From positions 89,409-153,408 of the forward strand of contig JANQNA010000007.1 in the NCBI GenBank assembly GCA_028279825.1: a stretch of 64,000 nt of DNA, read 5' to 3'. The position numbers and the translations under genes are program-made. Source of the DNA: an archaeon. Its GTDB lineage: Archaea; Aenigmatarchaeota; Aenigmatarchaeia; GW2011-AR5. Position 1 is the stretch's first letter; the number at the start of each line of letters is the position of its first letter. The notes under the pieces were generated by a model that worked only from the letters and a program-made list of their open reading frames with translations, made no database searches and was not told the DNA's origin. Of this stretch, positions 10,016-20,129 are shown piece by piece.

Positions 10016-11077
10016 ATGATAAAAATTTCTGATCCTTACATTGGTGAAGAGGAGATAAATGCTGTAAGAAGGGTTCTAACCAGCGGTACGCTTGCCAGAG
10101 GCCAGGAAACAAAGAGTTTTGAGAAACACTTTGCTGCCTATGTAGGCACTAAAGACGCTGTTGCAACAAGCAGCGGTACGACTGCGCTGCACACGGCATT
10201 GATTGCGAACGGCATAGGCAAAGGCGACGAAGTCATTACGTCAGGATTTTCCTTTATCGCAAGTGCAAACACCATATTGCATACAGGTGCAAAGCCCGTA
10301 TTTGCCGATGTCAACTATGACGATTTTAACATCGATACAGAAGATGTAGAAAGGAAGATAACTGACAAGACGAAAGCTATTGTTGTCGTGCACCTATACG
10401 GACAGTCATGTGACATGAAGAGAATACGGGAAATTTGCGAAACACACAATTTGAAATTAATAGAAGATGCGTGCCAGGCTCATGGTGCCGAATATGAGGG
10501 GAAAAGGGTGGGGTCATTTGGCACGGGATGTTTTTCATTTTACGCGACAAAAAACATGGTAACAGGCGAAGGAGGGATAATAACTACTGATGATGATAAA
10601 GTTGCTGAATCTGCAAGGATGATAATCAGTCACGGTTCAAAAATTAATTATGAAAATGTTCAGATGGGTTACAATTTTAGAATGACTGAGATGCAGGCAG
10701 CAATAGGCAATGTGCAAATTAAGAGGGTAGATGAGTTGAATCAGAAGAGAATAGAAAACGCCGGATTGTTCAGCTCCCTGATAAAAAACCATGATATTTC
10801 TGTGCCAAAAGTAATGAACGGCAGGAAACATGTTTTTCATCTGTACACAATCAAAACACAAAACAGAGAAGAGATAATTGAGAAACTCCAGAAAAACAAC
10901 ATAGGGTATGGTATTTATTATCCAAAGCCGATACACAAACAGGAATTGTATCAGAAACTTGGCTATAAAGACTCTTTGCCCGTTTCAGAAAAACTTTCCG
11001 GAGAAGTTCTTAGCCTTCCGGTTCATCCAAAGGTTACAAAAGAAAATATAGAAAAAATAATTTCCTGTATAGAGTGA
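10016..11077 (+). CDS. DegT/DnrJ/EryC1/StrS-family PLP-dependent NDP-sugar aminotransferase
   Basis: 353 aa. GDEVITSGFSFIASAN, DACQAHGA, and the PLP-lysine context FSFYATKNM. Confidence 0.85.
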   Translation: MIKISDPYIGEEEINAVRRVLTSGTLARGQETKSFEKHFAAYVGTKDAVATSSGTTALHTALIANGIGKGDEVITSGFSFIASANTILHTGAKPVFADVNYDDFNIDTEDVERKITDKTKAIVVVHLYGQSCDMKRIREICETHNLKLIEDACQAHGAEYEGKRVGSFGTGCFSFYATKNMVTGEGGIITTDDDKVAESARMIISHGSKINYENVQMGYNFRMTEMQAAIGNVQIKRVDELNQKRIENAGLFSSLIKNHDISVPKVMNGRKHVFHLYTIKTQNREEIIEKLQKNNIGYGIYYPKPIHKQELYQKLGYKDSLPVSEKLSGEVLSLPVHPKVTKENIEKIISCIE

Positions 11078-11081
11078 TCAT

Positions 11082-11777
11082 ATGAGAATAGGCGTTTTTG
11101 CATACAACTTTGAGCATAAGAAAACACAGGAAGGTTTAATGTGGCTGTTCATGAACGGCTACAAAGTTGATTGTATCTTTGCTGCTGACCCTGTTGAACT
11201 AAAATTCTACCAGTCAAAGATAAGACTTTCACCAAAAAAACTTTCGTATATGCACCCAAAGGAAATAGCAAATACAATGGACGTGCCTTATCATGTTGTT
11301 GTTCACAACAGTAAAGATTGTGAAGAGCTGATAAGAAAGTACAATCTTGATGTTGGCATTGTTCTTGGCGCGAGAATATTGAAAGAAAATGTGATAAATG
11401 CTTTCAATGTTGGAGTGCTTAACATGCATCCAGGTCTACTACCGGAAAACCGCGGGCTTGATACAATAAAATGGGCAATTCTAAATGATCTGAAACAGGG
11501 TGTTTCGTGTCACCTTATCAGCAAGGAAATTGACAAAGGAAGTCTTATAATCAAGAAAGAGATAGAGGTTTTTGAGGATGATACCCTGCTGGATATTTTC
11601 CTCAGAATTCAGAACATGGAACAGGTTCTTATGATTGAATCTCTGAGGATACTGGAAAGTAAAAAGAATTTTGAAAAAGTTGAAGAAGGTACATACAACA
11701 AGTCCGTCCCTTCGGAACTGGAAGCAAAACTTTTTGAGAAGTTTGAAACCTACAAGAAGAATTATTCAAAATTGTGA
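11082..11777 (+). CDS. formyltransferase (sugar N-formyltransferase-like)
   Basis: 231 aa. Formyl_trans_N catalytic motif NMHPGLLPENRG (Asn/His) and a downstream Asp in IDKGSLI. Size and context (directly after the aminotransferase) fit the WbtJ/VioF/WlaRD-type enzymes. Confidence 0.75.
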   Translation: MRIGVFAYNFEHKKTQEGLMWLFMNGYKVDCIFAADPVELKFYQSKIRLSPKKLSYMHPKEIANTMDVPYHVVVHNSKDCEELIRKYNLDVGIVLGARILKENVINAFNVGVLNMHPGLLPENRGLDTIKWAILNDLKQGVSCHLISKEIDKGSLIIKKEIEVFEDDTLLDIFLRIQNMEQVLMIESLRILESKKNFEKVEEGTYNKSVPSELEAKLFEKFETYKKNYSKL

Positions 11778-12721
11778 TTGATATGAAGATATGCCACCTG
11801 CAAACACACAGTCCTGACGTAACAGGAGGAATAGAAACAGTCGTTACCCATCTTAGAAACGGTGATGACGTAAGGTATATTGGTACAGGAGGGTTTGGTT
11901 CTTTGATCAGAGGTTTCTTTTTGGCACTAAAACTCAGGTTTTCTGATTACGATGTTATTCACGCGCATGATAATGCAGGTTACTGGTGTACCTGGGTTGC
12001 AAAAAACAAAAACCTTGTTTTTACGGCGCAGGGACTGTGGGAAGACTACTTCAACATGAATCCTCCCAGAGGAATAAAGAAAAAACTTGAATCAAAAATT
12101 CTTTTGTCTATGCAGTCTCGGCTTATCAGAAAATCCAATGCTGTCGTTCCTATTACTTCGATAATTAAGACCAGGCTTCAAAAAAAGTATGGCATAACAC
12201 CTACTTCAGTTGTACACAACGGTGTCGACACGGGATTATTCAGACCCAGTAAGGGCAGAAAAGAGTTTGGTTACATATGGGTTGGTACCAATCCTGAAAG
12301 CAAAAGACTCAAGGAAACTATAGAACTTGCTGAGAAAAATTCCAAGAACCTTTTAGTTATCGGTACTTCCGGAAAAAACACGAAAGCCATAAGATACATG
12401 AGAAACGTTTCCAGAAAGAATATGCCTTCTGTTTACAACAGTGCAGGCACTTTTGTTTACTTTAATAAACAGAAGGATTATTCCCTTGCTCTTCTTGAAG
12501 CTATGGCCAGCGGGCTTGACATAATTACACTTGACTATATTCTTGAAGAATTAACAAAGGCCGGAAAAGCTTCCGGTACAATGGATCTTGACGGAAGGCG
12601 TGTGAAGAAGGTTACACTTACAGGTTCTATGGCCAGGAAAATTGCAGAAAGTGAACTTGACTGGAAAGTTACCAGATTGAAATATAAACGTATCTACAAT
12701 AATGTGATGTATAATGAATGA
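11774..12721 (+). CDS. GT-B fold glycosyltransferase (family 4-like)
   Basis: 315 aa. N-terminal GGIETVV and C-terminal LALLEAMASGLDII region. GTGA overlap with the upstream gene; alternative ATG at 11783. Confidence 0.65.
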   Translation: MIDMKICHLQTHSPDVTGGIETVVTHLRNGDDVRYIGTGGFGSLIRGFFLALKLRFSDYDVIHAHDNAGYWCTWVAKNKNLVFTAQGLWEDYFNMNPPRGIKKKLESKILLSMQSRLIRKSNAVVPITSIIKTRLQKKYGITPTSVVHNGVDTGLFRPSKGRKEFGYIWVGTNPESKRLKETIELAEKNSKNLLVIGTSGKNTKAIRYMRNVSRKNMPSVYNSAGTFVYFNKQKDYSLALLEAMASGLDIITLDYILEELTKAGKASGTMDLDGRRVKKVTLTGSMARKIAESELDWKVTRLKYKRIYNNVMYNE

Positions 12722-13679
12722 ACTGAAGAATAAGTCTTTGATGGTTGTTGGCGGTGCCGGTTTTATAGGGTCACATTTAGTAGAGGCTCTGATAGAAGAG
12801 AAACCAAAAAGTATTGTGGTTGTTGATAACTTTTTTCTGGGCGAGATGGGCAACCTTGAGACTGCAAAGACGAAGTTTGATGTTATAGTAGAAAATCAGG
12901 ACGCATGTGACTATGAAAAAATGAAGAAGATCGTTGAAACAAATAAAATTGATGTCGTTTTTAATTTGGCATGTGTTCCATTGCCAACTTCTTTGGTAAA
13001 ACCTATATGGACCTTTGATCAGAACATTGGTGTTGCCAAAACCTTATGCAGACTTATAAGAGAAGGTTCGTTCAAGACGCTGGTTCATTATTCGTCTTCA
13101 GAAGTTTACGGAACAGCCACAAAAGAAACCATGGATGAAGAACATTCTCTGTTTCCAAGGACACCTTATGCTGCGGCAAAAGCAGCCTGCGATCACCTTG
13201 TTAACGCCTATTATGAGACCTACGGAATAGACATGGTAATAATAAGACCGTTCAATAACTTTGGTCCAAGGCAGAATGACAAGTCATATGCAGGTGTAAT
13301 ACCGCTTACAGTCAAAAGAATACTTAACAATGAACAACCTGTTATTTTTGGCGACGGTACTCAAACAAGAGATTTTATTTTTGTGAAAGATACTGTAAAT
13401 GCTACTATAGATGCTTACAAATCTGATCAAACAAGAGGTAGGACGATTAACATTGCAAGCGGTAAGGAGACTTCTGTAAAAGATCTTATTGATTTGATAT
13501 CCCAGGAACTTTCTTATGATAAACCTGCAAGGCATGATGCACCCAGACCAGGTGATGTTATGAGACACATGGGTGACATAACTCTTGCAAAAAAACTTAT
13601 TGGTTTCCAGCCCACCACTGATCTAAGGAAAGGTATGAAAGAAACTATAGACTGGTATAAAAAAAGGCATGTGGTATAA
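12714..13679 (+). CDS. NAD-dependent NDP-sugar epimerase/dehydratase (UDP-glucuronate decarboxylase-like SDR)
   Basis: 321 aa. GGAGFIGSHL and catalytic YAAAKAA. Confidence 0.8.
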   Translation: MNELKNKSLMVVGGAGFIGSHLVEALIEEKPKSIVVVDNFFLGEMGNLETAKTKFDVIVENQDACDYEKMKKIVETNKIDVVFNLACVPLPTSLVKPIWTFDQNIGVAKTLCRLIREGSFKTLVHYSSSEVYGTATKETMDEEHSLFPRTPYAAAKAACDHLVNAYYETYGIDMVIIRPFNNFGPRQNDKSYAGVIPLTVKRILNNEQPVIFGDGTQTRDFIFVKDTVNATIDAYKSDQTRGRTINIASGKETSVKDLIDLISQELSYDKPARHDAPRPGDVMRHMGDITLAKKLIGFQPTTDLRKGMKETIDWYKKRHVV

Positions 13680-14509
13680 TGGAAACCGTTCTTGTCACGG
13701 GTGACATGGGATTTATAGGGAGACACCTGGTTTCTGAATTGAAAAAGAATTTTTCTATTATCGGCCTTGGCAGGAAGCACGAGGATACTGACTACGATAC
13801 AATAGATTTTGACATCACTTCAGGCGTACCGGATGTCAAGGCAGATCACATTGTTCATCTTGCAGCAGATGTTAGATGTGATGAAAGAGAAAAAGCCTTT
13901 GGTGTTAATGTTGTCGGTACTCACAATATGCTTGAACTTGCAAAAAGGAACAATGTTAAATCTTTTGTTTTTGCCTCAACAAGCAGTGTCTACGGATTTG
14001 GAGAAAAGACCTTTAAAGAGACCGACAAACCTTTACCACATGATATTTACTCACAAACAAAGTATGAAGGTGAACTTCTTTGCAAGAAATACTCAGAATT
14101 CTTTCCGGTTGCAGTTCTCAGGTATTTCTTTCCTTATGGTGCTTCGCAAAAGAAAGACAGGTTAATAAATAGGCTTATTGACAGGGTGAAAACGAACCAA
14201 ACTATAGAACTTAATGTAGACGGGAAACCTGTGATAAATCCTGTTGCCATGTCAGATGCTGTTGCTGCAACAATGAGTTCAATGAAGCTTGAAAGTAATT
14301 TTGAGATAATAAATGTCGGCGGTGTTGAGAACGTAAGTATACTGGAAATAGTAAAACTGATAGAAAAATATACCGGGAAGTCTGCAAGTATAAAGTATAC
14401 AAAAAAGGAAGTCAGCAATATGATTGGAGACATAACAAAGGCGAAAGAAATACTTGCATTCCAGCCTAAAGTTAAAATTGAAAAGGGTATTGAAGAACTA
14501 AGCCGTTAA
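13679..14509 (+). CDS. NAD-dependent NDP-sugar epimerase/reductase (SDR)
   Basis: 276 aa. TGDMGFIGRHL and YSQTKYE. TAATG overlap with the upstream gene. Confidence 0.75.
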   Translation: METVLVTGDMGFIGRHLVSELKKNFSIIGLGRKHEDTDYDTIDFDITSGVPDVKADHIVHLAADVRCDEREKAFGVNVVGTHNMLELAKRNNVKSFVFASTSSVYGFGEKTFKETDKPLPHDIYSQTKYEGELLCKKYSEFFPVAVLRYFFPYGASQKKDRLINRLIDRVKTNQTIELNVDGKPVINPVAMSDAVAATMSSMKLESNFEIINVGGVENVSILEIVKLIEKYTGKSASIKYTKKEVSNMIGDITKAKEILAFQPKVKIEKGIEELSR

Positions 14510-16027
14510 CCATATTTTTACTGTAGAGAAGAATGATCTTGGGTTTCTTCTTGCGAATCTGAACAATCTTGATGCTTTTTCTTTATCTTCTTTGAACTGT
14601 GATCGTATACCATCCCGTCTTATTCTTTTTACTATTTCTATCGGAGTGAGACCGATTATTAACGAAAGAAGATTTCCGTAATCACAGTAATCTTTGATCT
14701 CTTTTGGGGTAAGTTTGCACCATTTCGAAGTTAACTCTATTGATTCTCTATCATAATTTCCGTCATGATCGATCCCGTAAAACTTGTCCCAGTTCAATGT
14801 TTTCGGATCTATTATACCCATTTCTATTAGCTGGTTATACAGTTCTGTACCCGGTAAAGGTACGACGGGACAGAATGTTCCGTAATCGGGTTTAATTCTT
14901 TTTATCAAACGGAACGTGTTCCAGACGTTTTCTTTTGTTTCACCAATGTTACCGATTAAGAAGAATGCTCTTGCCCTGATGACTTTCTTTACAGGCGGGA
15001 AAGTCTGCTCAAAGGATGCCACGGTTGCATCTTTTTTCATGACCTTTAGTATGTCATTATCTCCTGACTCTATCCCAATGCTCATTCCGGTACAGCCAGC
15101 CTTTCTCATTAGCTTTAACAGTTTATTTGGAATGGTTGTTGCTCTTGTTACGACACTCCATTTTATGTTGTAGTTTTTCTCAATTAGTGCGGTACATAAT
15201 TCCTCTACGAACGCATGATTCTGCCCGAAAAGATCGTCAGAGAACCAGAAAGTTTTCTTTCCGAAGTTTTCTATCAGGTAGTCGATCTCTTTCAGTATGC
15301 TTTTTGCAGATCTAGACCTGTATTTTCTTTTGTATATGACACCCGATGCACAGTAGGTACATCTGTAAATACAACCTCTGGACGAATTTATGTTGTAAAG
15401 AGGATACTTACTCATGTCGAACAAACTGTAGTCCGGCAGAGGAAGCTCATCCAGATTTTTCACAAAATCAGACGGCAATGTTCTGAACGGACTATCATCC
15501 TTTATACACAACCCGTTTACCTGTGACAGATCTCCGTTATCTTTTATTGTGCTTAACAAGTGCGGCATTACAATCTCTGCTTCGCCAATAACAACAAAAT
15601 CTATTGCCGAGTCTTTCAGAATTGCTTCCGGAACCGCGGTCGCATGATTTCCACCTATCAATATCGGGACATTTTTGTAATTGTTTTTTATCATTTCAGC
15701 GATTTTTATTGAAGGGTTATGTAAAGTAGAAAAATTGCACGCAAGTCCTATTGCATCAGGCTTATAGTCCTTTACTATCTCCAGTATTTTTTCAAATCCT
15801 GTTTTGTGCACGCCTGCGTCTATTACCCTGACTTCGTAACCAAGATTTTTCAGATGTGCACCAATTGTTGCCACGTTTGTAGGTGATGATGCCACATAAT
15901 CAGCAAAATCCATCGTTGGAGGTATTATGAAAAGAACTTTCTTGACGTCTGTTATGTCAAAGTTTTTCCTGACTACACCTATCGAGTCTACCGTCCTAGT
16001 GGTTTCCAACATTCTGAGCTCTGACAT
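14498..16027 (-). CDS. B12-binding (class B) radical SAM enzyme
   Basis: 509 aa. N-terminal B12-binding-like domain (VLFIIPP…AIGLACN). Cluster motif SSRGCIYRCTYC. Confidence 0.85.
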   Translation of the reverse strand: MSELRMLETTRTVDSIGVVRKNFDITDVKKVLFIIPPTMDFADYVASSPTNVATIGAHLKNLGYEVRVIDAGVHKTGFEKILEIVKDYKPDAIGLACNFSTLHNPSIKIAEMIKNNYKNVPILIGGNHATAVPEAILKDSAIDFVVIGEAEIVMPHLLSTIKDNGDLSQVNGLCIKDDSPFRTLPSDFVKNLDELPLPDYSLFDMSKYPLYNINSSRGCIYRCTYCASGVIYKRKYRSRSAKSILKEIDYLIENFGKKTFWFSDDLFGQNHAFVEELCTALIEKNYNIKWSVVTRATTIPNKLLKLMRKAGCTGMSIGIESGDNDILKVMKKDATVASFEQTFPPVKKVIRARAFFLIGNIGETKENVWNTFRLIKRIKPDYGTFCPVVPLPGTELYNQLIEMGIIDPKTLNWDKFYGIDHDGNYDRESIELTSKWCKLTPKEIKDYCDYGNLLSLIIGLTPIEIVKRIRRDGIRSQFKEDKEKASRLFRFARRNPRSFFSTVKIWLTA

Positions 16028-16140
16028 TACTACCCTTAATTTTGAAGAGTTCTTAAGTCTTTTGGTGCGCCTTTGTAATTGTCAAATTCAAAGAACCTTT
16101 ATAATGCTTTTCAGCCACCTTGAGCTAGGGATGTTGATAA

Positions 16141-17142
16141 ATGACTCGTATAGGTGTGATAGGTGTTGGAACAATGGGTTCCAATCATGTAAGAATTTTG
16201 TCAGAAATGGAAGATGTTGAAGTTTCTGTGTCCGACTTGGATAAAGAAAAGTGTTTTGCAATAGCAGACAAGTTTAAAGTGAAGTCTTATTATTTTGATC
16301 ATAAGGAATTACTCAAGGAAAACCTTGACGGCGTTGTTATAGCAGTTCCCAGCAAATTCCACAAAGATGTTTTTCTTGACTGCGTAGAAAGTGGTGTTAA
16401 TGTTCTTGTTGAGAAGCCAATATCAGAAAATGTTGAAGATGCCGAGCTTATGATTGAGAAAGCCAAAGAGAAGGGTATTATTTTTACAGTCGGACATGTT
16501 GAACGATTCAATCCTGTTGTCACAAAGATGAAATCCCTTATGAAAGAAATTGGTGACGTTTATCTTGTTAATACAATAAGAGCCGGACCTTTTCCGAAAA
16601 GATTTTACGGATCACACGGCGGAGTTCTTCTTGATCTGGCAGTGCATGACATAGATGTGATATCGTTCTTGGTTGGAAAAATAAGCGATTTATACGCACA
16701 TGTGTTAAAGACCGGAAACCAGGAGATATATGCCAACGTGCTTTATGGAATAAGCGAAAAAACAAAAGGCTCAAGTGAATTCAGCTGGGTTTCCCCCAAA
16801 AGAGTGAGAAAAATAGAAGTTTTCGGCACAAATGGCATGTTAAGTGGTGATTATCATAATCAAACACTAAGTTTTTGGGAAAATCCCGAATCGGGAGAGG
16901 TTCCTCACAGCAGCAATCTTTTCGAAGAAATTCTTATGAAGGGCAACATAAGTGCCGGTAAAGCCAACGAACATGAAATTGAGAAAGAGGAGCCGTTAAA
17001 ACTGGAATTACAAAATTTTTTAGATTCGATAAACAAAGGAACCGAAGTTCTGGTAAAACCAGAAGAGGCATTGCACGCACTGAAGGTAGCAGTTTCTATT
17101 TTGAAGTCCGGAAAAGACAACAATGCCGTGAAAATAGAGTGA
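16141..17142 (+). CDS. Gfo/Idh/MocA-family NAD(P)-dependent sugar oxidoreductase
   Basis: 333 aa. Rossmann N-terminus IGVIGVGTMGSNH and family motif VLVEKP. Confidence 0.8.
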   Translation: MTRIGVIGVGTMGSNHVRILSEMEDVEVSVSDLDKEKCFAIADKFKVKSYYFDHKELLKENLDGVVIAVPSKFHKDVFLDCVESGVNVLVEKPISENVEDAELMIEKAKEKGIIFTVGHVERFNPVVTKMKSLMKEIGDVYLVNTIRAGPFPKRFYGSHGGVLLDLAVHDIDVISFLVGKISDLYAHVLKTGNQEIYANVLYGISEKTKGSSEFSWVSPKRVRKIEVFGTNGMLSGDYHNQTLSFWENPESGEVPHSSNLFEEILMKGNISAGKANEHEIEKEEPLKLELQNFLDSINKGTEVLVKPEEALHALKVAVSILKSGKDNNAVKIE

Positions 17143-17146
17143 TTAA

Positions 17147-18646
17147 ATGTCGCATACAAAAGCAGCATTAAAAAATAGTTATAAGGTTTTTGTTCTGACA
17201 GCTGTAGCTATACTTGTTGGATATCTTTTACGTATATATCTTTCCCGTGCTTTGTCTATAGAGGATTTCGGTTTGTTTTATGCTGTTACAGCATTTGTTG
17301 CATTGTTTGTTACTTTACAGGATTTCGGTGCCGGTATATCGCTTGCAAAGTTTATTTCAGAATTCGCTGTTAAAAAACTGTATACACAAATTAAATCTTC
17401 AATACTTATCGTTCTAGTCATTCAACTTGTCATTCTTTTGATTTGTAACGCTGCAGTTTTCATTTTTGCGGATGCCATATCACTTATGTTTTTCAAAACT
17501 ATTGAGGCATCAATTGTTCTGAAACTCCTTATGTTAAGTCTGTTATTCAGTTCAGTTTTTCGTATCTTCCAGTTTACTTTTCAGGGATTTCAGAGAATGA
17601 AATTATTCGCCATCGTTGAGCCAGTTAGAATATCATTGGCATTTGTTTTGTCAGTTCTTTTGATTTACATGGGTATAATCGGTGTAGCCTATGCGTACTT
17701 TCTGGCGGCAGTCATAACAACAGTTGTTTTCTTTCTGCCTTTCCTGAAAATGTTTGACGGGTTTTTTAAAATAGAAGCAAATATGACAAAAAAACTTACA
17801 AAGAAACTTATGCTATTTGCCACACCCGTCTTTATCGGAACGGTTGCAAGTTTTGCAATACTTTACATTGATACCATAATGATTTCATTTTTCATGACAC
17901 TAAGAGATGTTGGTCTGTATCAGGTTGCAATTCCAACATCACAGTTCCTGTGGGTTTTTGTTACGACCATATCTATGGTTCTTTTCCCGATGATAACCGA
18001 ACTTTATACTAAGAAAAAAACTGAACTGGTAGGCACAAACATATCCATATTTGCCAACATTTCGTTCTTCGTTACAATACCCTTCGCTGTTATACTTATG
18101 GCGTTTCCTGAAATCATTGTTTCTTTTCTGTTCGGACACGACTATATCGGCTCTGTAGCAGCACTGAGAATACTTGTCGTAGGATCTTTGTTCTATTCAA
18201 TATTCTACCTTTTCCAGAATTCACTGATGGCAATAGGAAAGCCAACCATAAGTACAAGAATAATAATTGAAATAGCAGTTTTCAACTTTATCCTTAACCT
18301 TCTTTTCATACCTATGTTCGGAATAATTGGTGCTGCTGTGACATCTACGTTGTCTTATTTTCTGGCTTCGTTGATTTCCTACAGATACCTGAAAAAATTT
18401 GTTACATTTAAGATATCATTCGGAAGACTTGCCAGAATACTTTTATCAGCTATAATAACTGTTCTTGTTCTGCTTTTCGTAAAGGGACTTCTTGTTATGG
18501 ATAACCAAATACTTGAAGCTGTGCTGTCTTTAGTGCCTAGTTTTGCCGTGTATATAGTATTAATATTTGCAACGAAATCTGTTACAAGAAGAGATCTGGA
18601 ATATTTCAGGAAATTGGGGTTGCGTTTGCCCAGGTGGTTGGGATGA
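17147..18646 (+). CDS. wzx: oligosaccharide flippase (Wzx / MOP superfamily)
   Basis: 499 aa. About 12-14 hydrophobic helices throughout, the typical polysaccharide-biosynthesis-protein layout. Sits inside the glycan island. Confidence 0.7.
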   Translation: MSHTKAALKNSYKVFVLTAVAILVGYLLRIYLSRALSIEDFGLFYAVTAFVALFVTLQDFGAGISLAKFISEFAVKKLYTQIKSSILIVLVIQLVILLICNAAVFIFADAISLMFFKTIEASIVLKLLMLSLLFSSVFRIFQFTFQGFQRMKLFAIVEPVRISLAFVLSVLLIYMGIIGVAYAYFLAAVITTVVFFLPFLKMFDGFFKIEANMTKKLTKKLMLFATPVFIGTVASFAILYIDTIMISFFMTLRDVGLYQVAIPTSQFLWVFVTTISMVLFPMITELYTKKKTELVGTNISIFANISFFVTIPFAVILMAFPEIIVSFLFGHDYIGSVAALRILVVGSLFYSIFYLFQNSLMAIGKPTISTRIIIEIAVFNFILNLLFIPMFGIIGAAVTSTLSYFLASLISYRYLKKFVTFKISFGRLARILLSAIITVLVLLFVKGLLVMDNQILEAVLSLVPSFAVYIVLIFATKSVTRRDLEYFRKLGLRLPRWLG

Positions 18647-20127
18647 GTGAGATAGATTTTAACAAGGTAGCTGCGGTTCTGATAATTTTCAATATAGCCC
18701 TTGTTTTGGCCCCTGCCTTTATGTTTAATCTTCCTGTTGTCCAGACAGACGGGGCAACACACTATGTTTACGCGAAAACTTTCATGGAAGCAGGAACTCT
18801 GGATGTTGAAAATCCACCGTACAACCAGATTGGATCCATAGAAAATAGCCTTTCGGAATATCCACCATTTTCGATTTACGTATTTTCTGCCCTGCTGAGC
18901 TTGTTTGGAAATGATGTATTTCTCATAAACGGGGGTCTTGGTGTTATATTCTTTATAATAGCGTCAACTTTTGTTTATCTGATACTAAAAGAATTAACAG
19001 GTGATGACAGGATTGCCACAATAGGCCTGGTACTTTCTATACTAAACCTGAGAGCCTACTTCACTTTGTTCACCGGCGTCTATCCGGCTTTCATTGCCTT
19101 TGCACTAACCCTGCCGGCACTTTATTTTGCATTGAAATTCTTCAAGGACAGCAGAATCTTTACCATTAATCTGGCACTTGTGCTTGTTTTTACCGTTTTA
19201 ACTGTGCTTACCTATACCGTACAGGGTCTATTCCTAATATTCCTGGAAATCATGTTATGGATCGGTGTTAAATTTGATGAGAAGGTCAAGATAAAGTTCC
19301 ATACGAGATTTATACTAAGGAAATTTGGAATGAAGGAACTGAAAAAACTTCTGCTTCTTTTGATACCGTTGATTGCAATTTTCCTGGTTGTAATGTCTAG
19401 TGTGGTTATAACAGACGGTACATCTGAAAGAATAACCTGGATAGATGACTGGTTTTCAAGCTTGATGTCTTCCTGCGCTTCTTACCCATGCGTTTGGACC
19501 AACTTTTTGATAACTGACGGGCCTATCTTCATGCTTTTAGCTACATTGGGTTTCATTTACCTTATACTCAAGAACAAATGGACCGAATTGTCTTTGGTTG
19601 GAGGCGGTTTGCTGATTGTTTTGTCAGGCAGCATGTTTGTTGACAGCACGGGCATTCTTGTTTTCATATACAGATTCTACACAACATTTTTTGTGTTGAT
19701 GTCAATACCTGTGTCAATATTTGTTTATAGGGTTGCCATGAACAGAAAGTTCAGGCAGGTTGGTGTAATACTGATTGTTTTGCTGTTCCTGATTCAGTTT
19801 GTAAAACTTGGATACTTTTACAGCCAGATTACTCCTGCTATAACACAGGACGAATTTGATGCTGCTGCAAGACTTTCGGAGTATAATGCATCGAGCATCC
19901 TATTTGTTAGCAATGAGAATGAGATAAATACATTCAAGTCATTCAAATGGGTAGTTGTATACACAACGGCACAGGACTATACTGTTCAGACAGGCCTTTA
20001 CGATTTTGATGGTTATGATTACATTTACGTGCAGAATACAGAAAGTCTCAGCAGAGAAGAGCTTGTTTCTATGGACGGAAAGGAAGTAATCTTTGATCAG
20101 GGTCTTGCTAGGATCTATAAGTTATAA
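18643..20127 (+). CDS. polytopic membrane protein, GT-C-like transferase or glycan polymerase candidate
   Basis: About 494 aa from ATG 18643 (ATGA overlap with wzx); the ORF track begins at GTG 18634. Many TM helices. The …SEYPPFSIYVFSALLSLFG… segment resembles ArnT/PMT_2 loops. Soluble C-terminal ~110 aa. Confidence 0.5.
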   Translation: MSEIDFNKVAAVLIIFNIALVLAPAFMFNLPVVQTDGATHYVYAKTFMEAGTLDVENPPYNQIGSIENSLSEYPPFSIYVFSALLSLFGNDVFLINGGLGVIFFIIASTFVYLILKELTGDDRIATIGLVLSILNLRAYFTLFTGVYPAFIAFALTLPALYFALKFFKDSRIFTINLALVLVFTVLTVLTYTVQGLFLIFLEIMLWIGVKFDEKVKIKFHTRFILRKFGMKELKKLLLLLIPLIAIFLVVMSSVVITDGTSERITWIDDWFSSLMSSCASYPCVWTNFLITDGPIFMLLATLGFIYLILKNKWTELSLVGGGLLIVLSGSMFVDSTGILVFIYRFYTTFFVLMSIPVSIFVYRVAMNRKFRQVGVILIVLLFLIQFVKLGYFYSQITPAITQDEFDAAARLSEYNASSILFVSNENEINTFKSFKWVVVYTTAQDYTVQTGLYDFDGYDYIYVQNTESLSREELVSMDGKEVIFDQGLARIYKL

Positions 20128-20129
20128 TC

